Below, piece after piece: positions 25,558-34,046 of a stretch of 64,000 nucleotides of DNA. The position numbers were made by a program, and so were the translations under genes. The stretch is from contig JAHISS010000087.1 in NCBI GenBank assembly GCA_018817905.1, positions 985 through 64,984 on the forward strand, in the 5' to 3' direction. Under the pieces are notes generated by a model. It worked only from the letters and a program-made list of their open reading frames with translations. It had not been told where the DNA came from and did no database searches. Each line of letters opens with the position of its first letter. Position 1 is the stretch's first letter. The stretch comes from Nanobdellota archaeon (GTDB lineage Archaea; Nanobdellota; Nanobdellia; Pacearchaeales; GW2011-AR1).

Positions 25558-27492
25558 ATGGAAGAGTCGGTAGAGGCGAGGGAGATTAGGGGTTGGAAAC
25601 TTAAGCTTGTTTGGGCGTGGGTTTTGACTATTCCGATAATGTTGATAATGTATTCTGGAATGGTTTTTGGGATTGAGATTGTGCCAATGAAGTATATGCC
25701 TATTTCTCTGCTTATTTTAGGATTTCCAGTTATATTTATTATTGGATGGGGAACTATTAAAGCTGGGACTAGGGGATTTTTTAAGTTAAGATTTAGTATG
25801 GACTCTTTGATTTCAATGGGGACAATTGTTGCGTACGCGACAGGGTTTTTGGCGTTTTTTGAATTGACGCAAGATTATTCTGGTGTGAGTTCTATGATTA
25901 TGACTATTTTTATTACTGGGAAATTTATAGAATCAAAGGCAAGGGGGCAGGCAAGTAAAGAGATAAAGAAGTTACTGGAGTTGGGAGCTAAGAAAGCGGT
26001 GGTTTTGCGGGGAAAGAAAGAAGTTGAAGTTCCGATTGAAGAAGTTGGGGTTGGCGACATTTTTATTGTGAAACCAGGGGAGAAAATTCCTACGGACGGG
26101 GTTGTTACAAGGGGCGAGAGCACAGTTGATGAAAGCATGGTTACTGGAGAAAGCCTGCCTGTTGACAAGACTGTAAAAAGTCATGTGATTGGGGCGACGA
26201 TAAATCAGGACGGTGTCTTATATGTTAAAGCGAGCAAGGTCGGCGATGATACTTTTCTTGCCCATATTATTGAATTAGTTGAGGAGGCGCAGGGCACGAA
26301 AATTCCGATACAGAAATTTGCAGATAGTGTTACAAATGTTTTTGTTCCGATTATATTGACTGTTGCGGTCTTGACGTTTATTGGATGGATTGCTGCGACA
26401 GGAGATTGGAGCCGATCTATCGGGGTGGGCATATCTGTTTTAGTTATTGCGTGTCCGTGCGCTTTAGGTTTAGCGACGCCGATTGCGTTAATGGTTGGAA
26501 GTGGGATGGGTGCTAAGAAGGGGATATTGATTAGAAAAGGAGAAGCGATTCAGACAATGAAAGAAATCAAGATAATTGTTTTTGATAAGACCGGGACAAT
26601 AACGAAAGGAAAGCCAGAGGTGACTGATGTTTATTCAGTTCTGAAGAAAAATGAGGCGAGCGTGATTGAGAAAACTGCTGCGCTTGAGAAATTGAGCGAG
26701 CATCCTATTGGGAAGGCGATTGTTGAGTATGGGAATCTTTCTAAATTCAAAAACGTTACAAAATTTAAAATTCTTCGGGGGCGGGGTGTTGAAGGAGTTT
26801 TAGATAAAAAGAAGATGTTAATTGGCAATACTGCGTTGATGAAAGAGAGAAATGTGGACATTAGTAAGATTAAGGAAGTGTTAGAAGAATATGAAACTGG
26901 CGGGAAGACAACTATGATTGTTGCCGAGGGCGGGAAGGTTATCGGAGTTATTGCGGTTGCCGATACTGTGAAGGAAGAATCAAAGAAAGTAATTCATTAT
27001 TTGAGAAGGCAAGGATTTAGAACTGTGATGATTACTGGTGATAATGAAAGAACTGCGAAGGCGATTGCAAAGCAAGTTGGGATTGATGAGGTCATTGCAA
27101 ATGTTTTGCCAGAGGACAAATCCAACAAAGTTAAAGAGCTTCAGAAAAGGGGAATGGTTGCTTTTGTTGGGGACGGGATTAACGATGCTCCGGCGTTGAA
27201 GCAGGCGAATGTTGGTATTGCAATGGGGACTGGGACTGATATTGCAATTGAGGCCGGCGACATTGTTTTGGCGAGCGGCTCTTTACGAGGTGTGCCGCAG
27301 GCGATTGTGTTATCTAAAGCTACGTTTGGGAAAATAAAACAGAATTTGTTCTGGGCGTTTGCTTACAATGTTGTTGCTATTCCGTTGGCTATTGCTGGTT
27401 TTTTGCATCCAGTTATTGCAGAGATTGCAATGGCTTTGTCATCGATAACTGTTGTCACTAATGCGAACTTGCTACGACGAAAGCGAATCTAA
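25558..27492 (+). CDS. copA: P1B-type copper-translocating ATPase CopA, lacking an N-terminal metal-binding domain
   Basis: CPC ([13 protein letters not shown]), [28 protein letters not shown]. Confidence 0.9.
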   Translation: MEESVEAREIRGWKLKLVWAWVLTIPIMLIMYSGMVFGIEIVPMKYMPISLLILGFPVIFIIGWGTIKAGTRGFFKLRFSMDSLISMGTIVAYATGFLAFFELTQDYSGVSSMIMTIFITGKFIESKARGQASKEIKKLLELGAKKAVVLRGKKEVEVPIEEVGVGDIFIVKPGEKIPTDGVVTRGESTVDESMVTGESLPVDKTVKSHVIGATINQDGVLYVKASKVGDDTFLAHIIELVEEAQGTKIPIQKFADSVTNVFVPIILTVAVLTFIGWIAATGDWSRSIGVGISVLVIACPCALGLATPIALMVGSGMGAKKGILIRKGEAIQTMKEIKIIVFDKTGTITKGKPEVTDVYSVLKKNEASVIEKTAALEKLSEHPIGKAIVEYGNLSKFKNVTKFKILRGRGVEGVLDKKKMLIGNTALMKERNVDISKIKEVLEEYETGGKTTMIVAEGGKVIGVIAVADTVKEESKKVIHYLRRQGFRTVMITGDNERTAKAIAKQVGIDEVIANVLPEDKSNKVKELQKRGMVAFVGDGINDAPALKQANVGIAMGTGTDIAIEAGDIVLASGSLRGVPQAIVLSKATFGKIKQNLFWAFAYNVVAIPLAIAGFLHPVIAEIAMALSSITVVTNANLLRRKRI

Positions 27493-27555
27493 ATGTGAGG
27501 AGTAATGGGTGAGCTATTTGGGGACGAATGCTAATTTGTTGAGGCGGAAGAGGAT

Positions 27556-27972
27556 TTAATCTTCAAACCTAAATTCCTTAAATGTAACTTCATCAGATTT
27601 CAAATCGTCAATTAAATCCTTGATTTGTTTTTGATGTTTGCTTAGCTTTGAAGTTCCCTGCTTTACCTCGACAAAATGCACGCCTTTGACATCTCGTTCG
27701 TCCAGACCTTCGAATGCAACGTAATCAATTGGATCGCCGAGGAACTTGCATTCGCTTGGTTTGAATGGGAAACCTCCAAGGAACGGAGCGAAAGTTTCTG
27801 AGACTTTTCCTTTGATTCCTGCTCTTTGCTGGTCGGCGATTGATTTTCTTAGAGAGACAAGATTCTTTTGCCATTTTAGGTCTGCTCGAAGAACTGCGAG
27901 TTTGTAAGTCAGCCAGATAACTATGATGAATGCTGCTGCTGCGAGAAGGATTGTTATTGTTGAGATTTGCAT
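27556..27972 (-). CDS. membrane-anchored PD-(D/E)xK nuclease-like protein (Hjc/restriction-endonuclease fold)
   Basis: N-terminal TM; GDPIDYVAFEGLDERDVKGVHFVEVKQG fits a D...E-V-K catalytic triad. Confidence 0.4.
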   Translation of the reverse strand: MQISTITILLAAAAFIIVIWLTYKLAVLRADLKWQKNLVSLRKSIADQQRAGIKGKVSETFAPFLGGFPFKPSECKFLGDPIDYVAFEGLDERDVKGVHFVEVKQGTSKLSKHQKQIKDLIDDLKSDEVTFKEFRFED

Positions 27973-28147
27973 TATTTCACAAACTCCACATTTTCAATCT
28001 TAGGGAAAATAATCCTCATTGAATTTCCATATTTTTTTACAAATTCATATGCCATGTTGATATCTATTATCGAAAGTATTTGAATTTTGTCATTTTGAAA
28101 AGAGATTAATAGAAAAGATGACTTGGGAATTATTGCACAAAAAGCTT

Positions 28148-28243
28148 TAGATAATTAAAATGGCATTGAACAGTAAATAAATTATCAAGGCGATGTATCC
28201 AATTACTAACAATTTGTTTAAAGTGTTAATTTGTTTTGATGTC
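28148..28243 (-). CDS. micro-ORF, 31-aa single-TM peptide
   Basis: MTSKQINTLNKLLVIGYIALIIYLLFNAILII; ATGA-coupled to the upstream micro-ORF. Confidence 0.25.
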
Positions 28244-28413
28244 ATCTTTTCTCCAACAAATTATACAAATTTATCAAGGCTCCGACAAAAACTCCGAAAG
28301 AGGCAATAGCAAAATCTGTAATTGCTCCTTCTTGATTAATCAGTTGTGATGCAAAATAAACTAATATTGAAAAATTCAACATGCTTCCGAGCCAGCTCAA
28401 GAACTCTCCCATT
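28240..28413 (-). CDS. micro-ORF, 57-aa small membrane protein
   Basis: MGEFLSWLGSMLNFSILVYFASQLINQEGAITDFAIASFGVFVGALINLYNLLEKR. Confidence 0.3.
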
Positions 28414-28506
28414 TAGATAACTCCAAAAGCAGATAAAAGGAGAAGGATTATTGCGATTACCCCTGCGATTATAAGAATCTTTTCTAGAATACTTTTCTTA
28501 GCCATA
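28414..28506 (-). CDS. micro-ORF, 30-aa single-TM peptide
   Basis: MAKKSILEKILIIAGVIAIILLLLSAFGVI. Confidence 0.25.
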
Positions 28507-28783
28507 TTAATCTATGTCTTGCTTATATTTAGATTTTTGCATTGGGAAAATATAAATATTTATCTTTTGATTTATTTGATTATCGGGCTGTTTGGCAGGA
28601 ATTACCTTGGGTGGATGATTTTGCCTTCAATAATCTTTGAAGAAGTTTTTGAAAGATGTTGTTATGCTTTTTCTAACAATCGTGTTGGGAATTTTGCGTT
28701 TGTGATATTGTTTTGGTTTGTTGTAGGGGGTGGTTGGGAAGATTGTTGGGGTGGTGAAGAGGAAATAATTAGTTGGTTTTTTA

Positions 28784-29083
28784 TTATGAATTCACTTGTT
28801 GTTTTCTTTGTTTAATTTTTCCAATGACCAAACCGATTAAAGCCCCTATTAAAAAATATGTTATTGGAGCAGTTATAATCCCAAAATATATCGGTCCAAA
28901 ACCACGCCAGCCACCCCCACTAATAGCAACAAGTAATAATCCATTTGGGACATTGAGAACCATTAACGGTCCGACTGATGGCATAATGCTATAAGCCGCG
29001 CCTAAAAAATATCCTAAAATTCCAACTAGGGAGATGCCTAGTCCAATCAGTCCTCCCTTTAGCCAAGTCTTCATAAAGAACAA
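28784..29083 (-). CDS. small membrane protein (99 aa, 3 TM)
   Basis: Gly-rich hydrophobic segments. Confidence 0.4.
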   Translation of the reverse strand: MFFMKTWLKGGLIGLGISLVGILGYFLGAAYSIMPSVGPLMVLNVPNGLLLVAISGGGWRGFGPIYFGIITAPITYFLIGALIGLVIGKIKQRKQQVNS

Positions 29084-29202
29084 ACGAATAAAACTATTAT
29101 AAATCTTCCTAAATAACCATCTCCTTACTATCTCTCAAATTTCTTTTATAAAAAATTATCTTTTCTTGGGGGACAAATTATTTACTAATCGTCCTGCTTG
29201 AA

Positions 29203-30141
29203 TCAAAAAGGCAACGTCTTAACATTACCTTCGTTTTCCATTAGAAGTAATTCTGAGTCTTGAATGTCTTGTTGAAAAGTTGAGTTAATGTCTTTTATAG
29301 CGTCTCGGAGTTCTTTTTCTTCTTGATAGAAGAACTGGATAATGCAGTTGTATTTTGAGATTCCGAAGACAAGCGCGTTGATGTTTTTGTGCTGCTGGCA
29401 AAAACTCTTGATTTTGTTTTTTTCTAAGGGGTTTAGCTTTAGCTTGAGTGCTGCAAAGTTGAATCCGAGTTTTTCCATGTCGAATTGGATTCTGTTGCCT
29501 AAAATGATTTTCTTTTTGTAAAGTTGTTTTAATTTGTAAGCTATTAGTTCTCCTGAGAGATTTATTTTTTTTGAGAGATCGGTGATCTTTGCTCTGCCAT
29601 TTGTTTCTAGTGCTTTCATTAATGCAATATCTTTTTGCTGTAGCGTTACTTTTGCGACTGGTTGCATGAATGTGTACGTTTCCGCTTCTTTTTGCTCTCC
29701 AAAAGTCTTTAGAGGATATAATGAGGACGAGGTTGTCGTGAAAACTTCATAATGGGTAATTTCTTTATTCTCTTTTAGAAGATTGCTGAATTTCTCTTCA
29801 AATTCGTCCTTGTCCTTGAAAACAAAGTCTACAAATAAGTCATATTTCGAAAGCGTTTCTCCGACGGAGACTACATTGGGACTTTTCTCTAAACTGCTCT
29901 TTATCTGTTGTTTTTTGGAAGAGACTTTTAACCAGACGATTATGAACTCGTTATAACCGAGAAGAGCGTAATTGAAAATTGTGACATATTTCTTTATGAA
30001 CCCTTGCGACTCAAATTTTTTCAATCGGTATTCTGCCTGGTCGCGTGAAATTCTACAGGCTTTTGCTATCTGAGTTATTGGTTTTCTGTAGCTATGGTAA
30101 AGATATTTTATTAGTTTTTTGTCTATTGCGTCTAGTTTCAT
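29203..30141 (-). CDS. transcriptional regulator with two tandem Lrp/AsnC-like wHTH modules
   Basis: DKKLIKYLYHSYRKPITQIAKACRISRDQAEYRLKKF and DIALMKALETNGRAKITDLSKKINLSGELIAYKLKQL. Confidence 0.45.
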   Translation of the reverse strand: MKLDAIDKKLIKYLYHSYRKPITQIAKACRISRDQAEYRLKKFESQGFIKKYVTIFNYALLGYNEFIIVWLKVSSKKQQIKSSLEKSPNVVSVGETLSKYDLFVDFVFKDKDEFEEKFSNLLKENKEITHYEVFTTTSSSLYPLKTFGEQKEAETYTFMQPVAKVTLQQKDIALMKALETNGRAKITDLSKKINLSGELIAYKLKQLYKKKIILGNRIQFDMEKLGFNFAALKLKLNPLEKNKIKSFCQQHKNINALVFGISKYNCIIQFFYQEEKELRDAIKDINSTFQQDIQDSELLLMENEGNVKTLPF

Positions 30142-30240
30142 TTTGGCATTGCTAAATACGGAAAGAATTGCTTAAATATCTTTTGTTTTTTAGGAAAATC
30201 TGGGGGATGTTTTTATGTATTTCTGGAGCTAGTAAAGAAC

Positions 30241-30456
30241 ATGGCAGTAGGATTGTCGGGATCGAACGGTGGAATCGGAAGAGTTTACAGAGCAGTGCTA
30301 GTGGCAGATGTCGAAGCGGGAATTACAAAGTACGAAACGCTTAGAAGTCAGATTCCTGAGGAAAATAGAGAAGTTAGAACAATGTATTCTGGGTTTATAG
30401 AGTCTTTGAGGGAGTTGCAGGCGAGCATGACTAAAGATAACCCAAGGGGTGACTAA
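30241..30456 (+). CDS. small protein (71 aa) whose N-terminus mirrors that of the downstream radical-SAM enzyme
   Basis: AVGLSGSNGGIGRVY versus VLGFSGSSGGVGKET; 8-nt overlap with the next gene. Confidence 0.4.
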   Translation: MAVGLSGSNGGIGRVYRAVLVADVEAGITKYETLRSQIPEENREVRTMYSGFIESLRELQASMTKDNPRGD

Positions 30457-31498
30457 AGTGGTCTTGGGATTTTCTGGTTCTAGTGGGGGCGTTGGTAAAG
30501 AAACTTTTGGGAAAGTTGGTTTAGTTAATCGGCCTTTAGAAGTTTCTTATTTTGTTAATAATCGATGCAATCTAAGTTGCAGACATTGTTATGTTGGATA
30601 TGAGCAGACTGATGGGGAATTGTCTGTTGGTGAATGGAGTGAAACGTTTGATAGGCTTATTGAGATGGGTGCTTTGACTTTTGGGAATGTTGGCAAGGAA
30701 CCTTTGCTTTCTTCGGATAAGACTATTGCTATTATGCAACACTTGGCTAAGAGGCGGGAGGAAATCCCTGCCTTGAGGTTTGGATTTGTCACGAATGGAA
30801 CTCTCCTTGACTGTAGAATGGTTGAAGATTTAGAAAGAATTTCTCCCGATTACATTGATGTAAGTTTAGATGGCGGCAGAAAAGTTCATGATTTTATTCG
30901 TGGAGATTATAATTATATTAGAACAGTTAGGAAACTTAGAGGTCTTCCTTCTGGTTTAACTGAGAAAGTTTTCTTAAGTTTTACTTTGATGAAGCCGAAT
31001 GTGGGAGAGTTTAGAGGGGTTGTTGGAGATATGAGTGCGTTGGGTTTAACAAAATTTCTTGTTTCTCCGTATGTTGCGACTCCTGGATCAAATGGAGAAT
31101 TGTTTATTAGTGATGAGGAAGTTGTCGATTTTTACGAACGAGTTGCTGATGGCTCTGAAATAAAGTTTGCAGACTTGCCCCAGATAGAAATAATCCTGAA
31201 ATCGGATTACGATTCTCAAAAAGCATTAATGGATAGATTAGTTGAACGGGGCGTAATTGATTTAGGAAATCTGTCAATAGATGAGTACGGAGTGATATTC
31301 AATAGGCACGTGCAAGGTGGTGGTTCAGAGGTTGTTGTTAATTACATGCCTTTTTCAGACACTCTCTCTAGGGCTGTTAGAATAAGCCATGATGGTTATG
31401 TTGGCGGTTGTTTAGAAATGTTTCACAAGGACTATCCTGAAAGAGCAAGGGCAAACTTGCGAGATAAGAAAATTGAAGAAATCCTCGGTAGAAATTAA
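30449..31498 (+). CDS. radical SAM enzyme with an N-terminal deviant P-loop-like Gly-rich segment
   Basis: CNLSCRHCY is the CxxxCxxC motif. Confidence 0.7.
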   Translation: MTKVVLGFSGSSGGVGKETFGKVGLVNRPLEVSYFVNNRCNLSCRHCYVGYEQTDGELSVGEWSETFDRLIEMGALTFGNVGKEPLLSSDKTIAIMQHLAKRREEIPALRFGFVTNGTLLDCRMVEDLERISPDYIDVSLDGGRKVHDFIRGDYNYIRTVRKLRGLPSGLTEKVFLSFTLMKPNVGEFRGVVGDMSALGLTKFLVSPYVATPGSNGELFISDEEVVDFYERVADGSEIKFADLPQIEIILKSDYDSQKALMDRLVERGVIDLGNLSIDEYGVIFNRHVQGGGSEVVVNYMPFSDTLSRAVRISHDGYVGGCLEMFHKDYPERARANLRDKKIEEILGRN

Positions 31499-32226
31499 TC
31501 GTCCTGCTCAACTCTCGGCGCAAGAACGAAACTTAGGACGACGTCGCCGGTGTGGAAGTCCAGCCGCATTGGATGATTGTCTGAGAAACTCAGGGTCGAC
31601 TGGTTTGAAATCTTTGCTCCTTTGATGAACTTGCTTAGATATTCCAAGGAAAATCTTGCTGTGCTGTTTCCTGAATGGATTTCTGCTTCGTCGGTGGAGA
31701 ATTCTGCTCTCGCGCTGTTTAGGCTGTGGGCTTCAACAACAAACTTGTCTGGTTCGGCTATGAATGTGCAAGCGTCGCTTACGACTGAACAATCTTCGAT
31801 GACTTCAGTTAGGGTGTCTGAATTTATTTTGATAACTGAGTTGAACTCCCATTCTGGCAATGGCTTTTCTTCTGTGTCTGTGTCAATCAAAGCGAGAGAG
31901 AAATCCCGCTTGATTCTGTCTCTTATTGAAAGTTTCAACAGGTTGTCTTGTTTTTCCAAAGTAAGAGCTGCTCCAATCTTGCATCTTCTTAAAACTGCTT
32001 TCAAATTACTCAGATTGACTCCTAACTCCTCTTCTTCTTTGTCTATCTCAAAGTCTGAGAAGAGGGTATTTGGAATTTTAAAATAAATCATTGCGACATT
32101 TGCTGGGTCGATTGCAACAAGGCTCATTCCTTCTTTGTTTATTTTAATTCTCACTTCGGTAACTAACTCTGAAATGATTGTTACAATGTCTGAAAAAATC
32201 TTCGGGTTTTGAAGTGTGAGTTTCAT
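31495..32226 (-). CDS. pcn: DNA polymerase sliding clamp PCNA (ORF extends to 32307; start trimmed to MKLTLQNPKIF)
   Basis: Two-domain PCNA pattern (LVAIDPANVAMIYFKI ... AHSLNSARAEF ... FSLEYL). Confidence 0.85.
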   Translation of the reverse strand: MKLTLQNPKIFSDIVTIISELVTEVRIKINKEGMSLVAIDPANVAMIYFKIPNTLFSDFEIDKEEEELGVNLSNLKAVLRRCKIGAALTLEKQDNLLKLSIRDRIKRDFSLALIDTDTEEKPLPEWEFNSVIKINSDTLTEVIEDCSVVSDACTFIAEPDKFVVEAHSLNSARAEFSTDEAEIHSGNSTARFSLEYLSKFIKGAKISNQSTLSFSDNHPMRLDFHTGDVVLSFVLAPRVEQDD

Positions 32227-32296
32227 GGATTTTGATAAGATAAGAAGGTTAAAAGCTTTGTTGTAGTAAGAGAACAACAAACAATAAATAACCTCC

Positions 32297-33877
32297 TTGA
32301 TTCTCATTGGCGTGGAAGCAAAAGAAAAAAGAGTTCGGGCGATAACAAGTCTTTATTACTCGAATCAGAAGGTTCAGCAGGCGATTTTAGAGTTTGCAAA
32401 AGATAGAGAAGTTGTGCCGCAGTATTTTGAAGGTTTTGGAAAGCGGCCTGACATGCTTCAATACCAATCTGACATTGATGGTTTGGTTAGGAAAGGTGCG
32501 ACGTCTTTTCATGCTTCTGAAGAGTTATGGGAAAATCCCTTGAGCCTTAATTCAGAAATAACGCAGAAAGAAATGACGAAGCTGCGAAAGGGCTGGGATT
32601 TGCTGATTGATATTGACTCGCCTTTTCTTGACTGCTCGAAGATTGCAGCAGGCCTTCTTATCGAAGCTTTAGAACAACATGACGTGAAGAATTATGGCGT
32701 GAAATTTTCAGGAAGCAAAGGTTTCCATTTAATGATTTCTGGAAAAGCATTTCCAAAAGAGTTTGATGATAAAAAAACAAAAGAAATGTTTCCAGACTGG
32801 GCGCGGGTGGTTTGTTCTTATTTGATGGATTACATCAGAAAAGATTATAATGTTATGGCGAGCGAAATTCTTACGGATTTTGATGCGATAAAGCGGCGGA
32901 CAAAATTAACAAAAGAACAATTGCAAGAAGTCAGGTGCAATAAGTGCGGCGGTGTTGCGAGAAAAGGTTCAATTGCAGAGTTTTCCTGCCCTGTGTGCGG
33001 GATGAACGTTAAAAGAAAAAATATCAAAATAACAAAACGAAGATTGAAGTGTTTAAGCAACGACTGCGCTGGAATTTTGGAAATTGGCGATAGTGAGGAA
33101 TTTTATTATTGCGAGGATTGCAAAGACCAAGAAAACGAAAACCTGCAGTTGAATTCAAGCAAGCATCCTGAAAATTTTGAAAAGTTCGAAGGAGTCAGCG
33201 CTGAAAAAGTGGCTTCGCTGGATTTGGTTTTAGTTGCTCCGAGACATTTGTTCAGAATGCCTTACTCGCTTCATGAAAAAACCGCCTTGGCAAGCGTTGT
33301 TCTTTCAAAAAATGAAATTGAAAAATTCTCTCCGAAAGATGCAGATCCTTTGAAAGTTAAAGTCAGGAATTTTATGCCAGAGAATGTTGAAGGTGAGGCG
33401 AAAAAATTATTGAGCAAAGCACTTGATTGGGGAAGGGGAAGGGAAATTGTTCAGAAAGAAATTGAAGAAAAAAGATACAAGGGGAAGAGTTTTGAAAATG
33501 TTGAAATGAAAAACATCAGCGAGGACATGTTTCCGCCTGCGATAAAAAAACTTTTGAAAGGTTTAGAGGAAGGAAGGAAGCGGGGATTGTTTGTTTTGAT
33601 TACTTTTTTGAAAGCAGTTGGCAAGACGCCAGAAGAACTCAATAAAAGTATCAGAGAATGGAACGAAAAAAATGAGCCGCCGCTGAAAGAAGGTTATGTT
33701 AGGAGTCAGATTGAATGGCATCTGAAACAAACAAAGACAATCATCCCGCCAAATTACAGCAATGACGCGTTTTATCGAGACATTGGAATCTTAGACAAAA
33801 AACCGAAAACGAAAAATCCGCTGGTGGATGTTCGGAGGAGGATGTGGGGGCGAAGTGGTGATAATCTGAAAAAATAA
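32297..33877 (+). CDS. DNA primase, apparent PriS-PriL fusion (catalytic small-subunit domain, Zn ribbons, PriL-like helical C-terminus without Fe-S cysteines)
   Basis: DLLIDIDSP and FSGSKGFHL are PriS catalytic motifs; CNKCGG...CPVCG Zn ribbons; FPPAIKKLL...GRKRGLFVLITFLKAVG is a PriL-CTD-like motif with A in place of C. Confidence 0.65.
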   Translation: MILIGVEAKEKRVRAITSLYYSNQKVQQAILEFAKDREVVPQYFEGFGKRPDMLQYQSDIDGLVRKGATSFHASEELWENPLSLNSEITQKEMTKLRKGWDLLIDIDSPFLDCSKIAAGLLIEALEQHDVKNYGVKFSGSKGFHLMISGKAFPKEFDDKKTKEMFPDWARVVCSYLMDYIRKDYNVMASEILTDFDAIKRRTKLTKEQLQEVRCNKCGGVARKGSIAEFSCPVCGMNVKRKNIKITKRRLKCLSNDCAGILEIGDSEEFYYCEDCKDQENENLQLNSSKHPENFEKFEGVSAEKVASLDLVLVAPRHLFRMPYSLHEKTALASVVLSKNEIEKFSPKDADPLKVKVRNFMPENVEGEAKKLLSKALDWGRGREIVQKEIEEKRYKGKSFENVEMKNISEDMFPPAIKKLLKGLEEGRKRGLFVLITFLKAVGKTPEELNKSIREWNEKNEPPLKEGYVRSQIEWHLKQTKTIIPPNYSNDAFYRDIGILDKKPKTKNPLVDVRRRMWGRSGDNLKK

Positions 33878-33954
33878 TTGGAAATAACTGTAAAACCAGA
33901 TTCACTAAATACGCAAACACCAATAATAAAAAACCGTTCAGCTATGATAGGTCG

Positions 33955-33986
33955 TCTGGTTTATGAGATAATCATAAGGCTGTGGC
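33955..33986. repeat. Copy 2 of the dispersed upstream motif (~90 bp upstream of surface-protein gene 34047)
   Basis: 24-bp identity with 7318-7341. Confidence 0.6.
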
Positions 33987-34046
33987 TATTATTGAAGCTA
34001 TTTTTGTTTAAGATAAATTTTTAAACATCTCCTGCTTGAAAATAAG

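Noticed and set aside
28519-28815. ORF 28519-28815 (98 aa, plus strand)
   Set aside because: Trp/Gly/Phe-rich improbable product; overlaps the minus-strand membrane-protein gene 28784-29083 and lies opposite the micro-ORF array.
7313-33976. The 24-bp identical repeat pair (7318-7341 / 33952-33975) as attL/attR of a 26.6-kb integrated element
   Set aside because: The enclosed DNA is the universal r-protein cluster plus housekeeping genes, and further degenerate copies exist at 36251 and 44367 upstream of surface and pilin genes. A regulatory or leader motif is more consistent.
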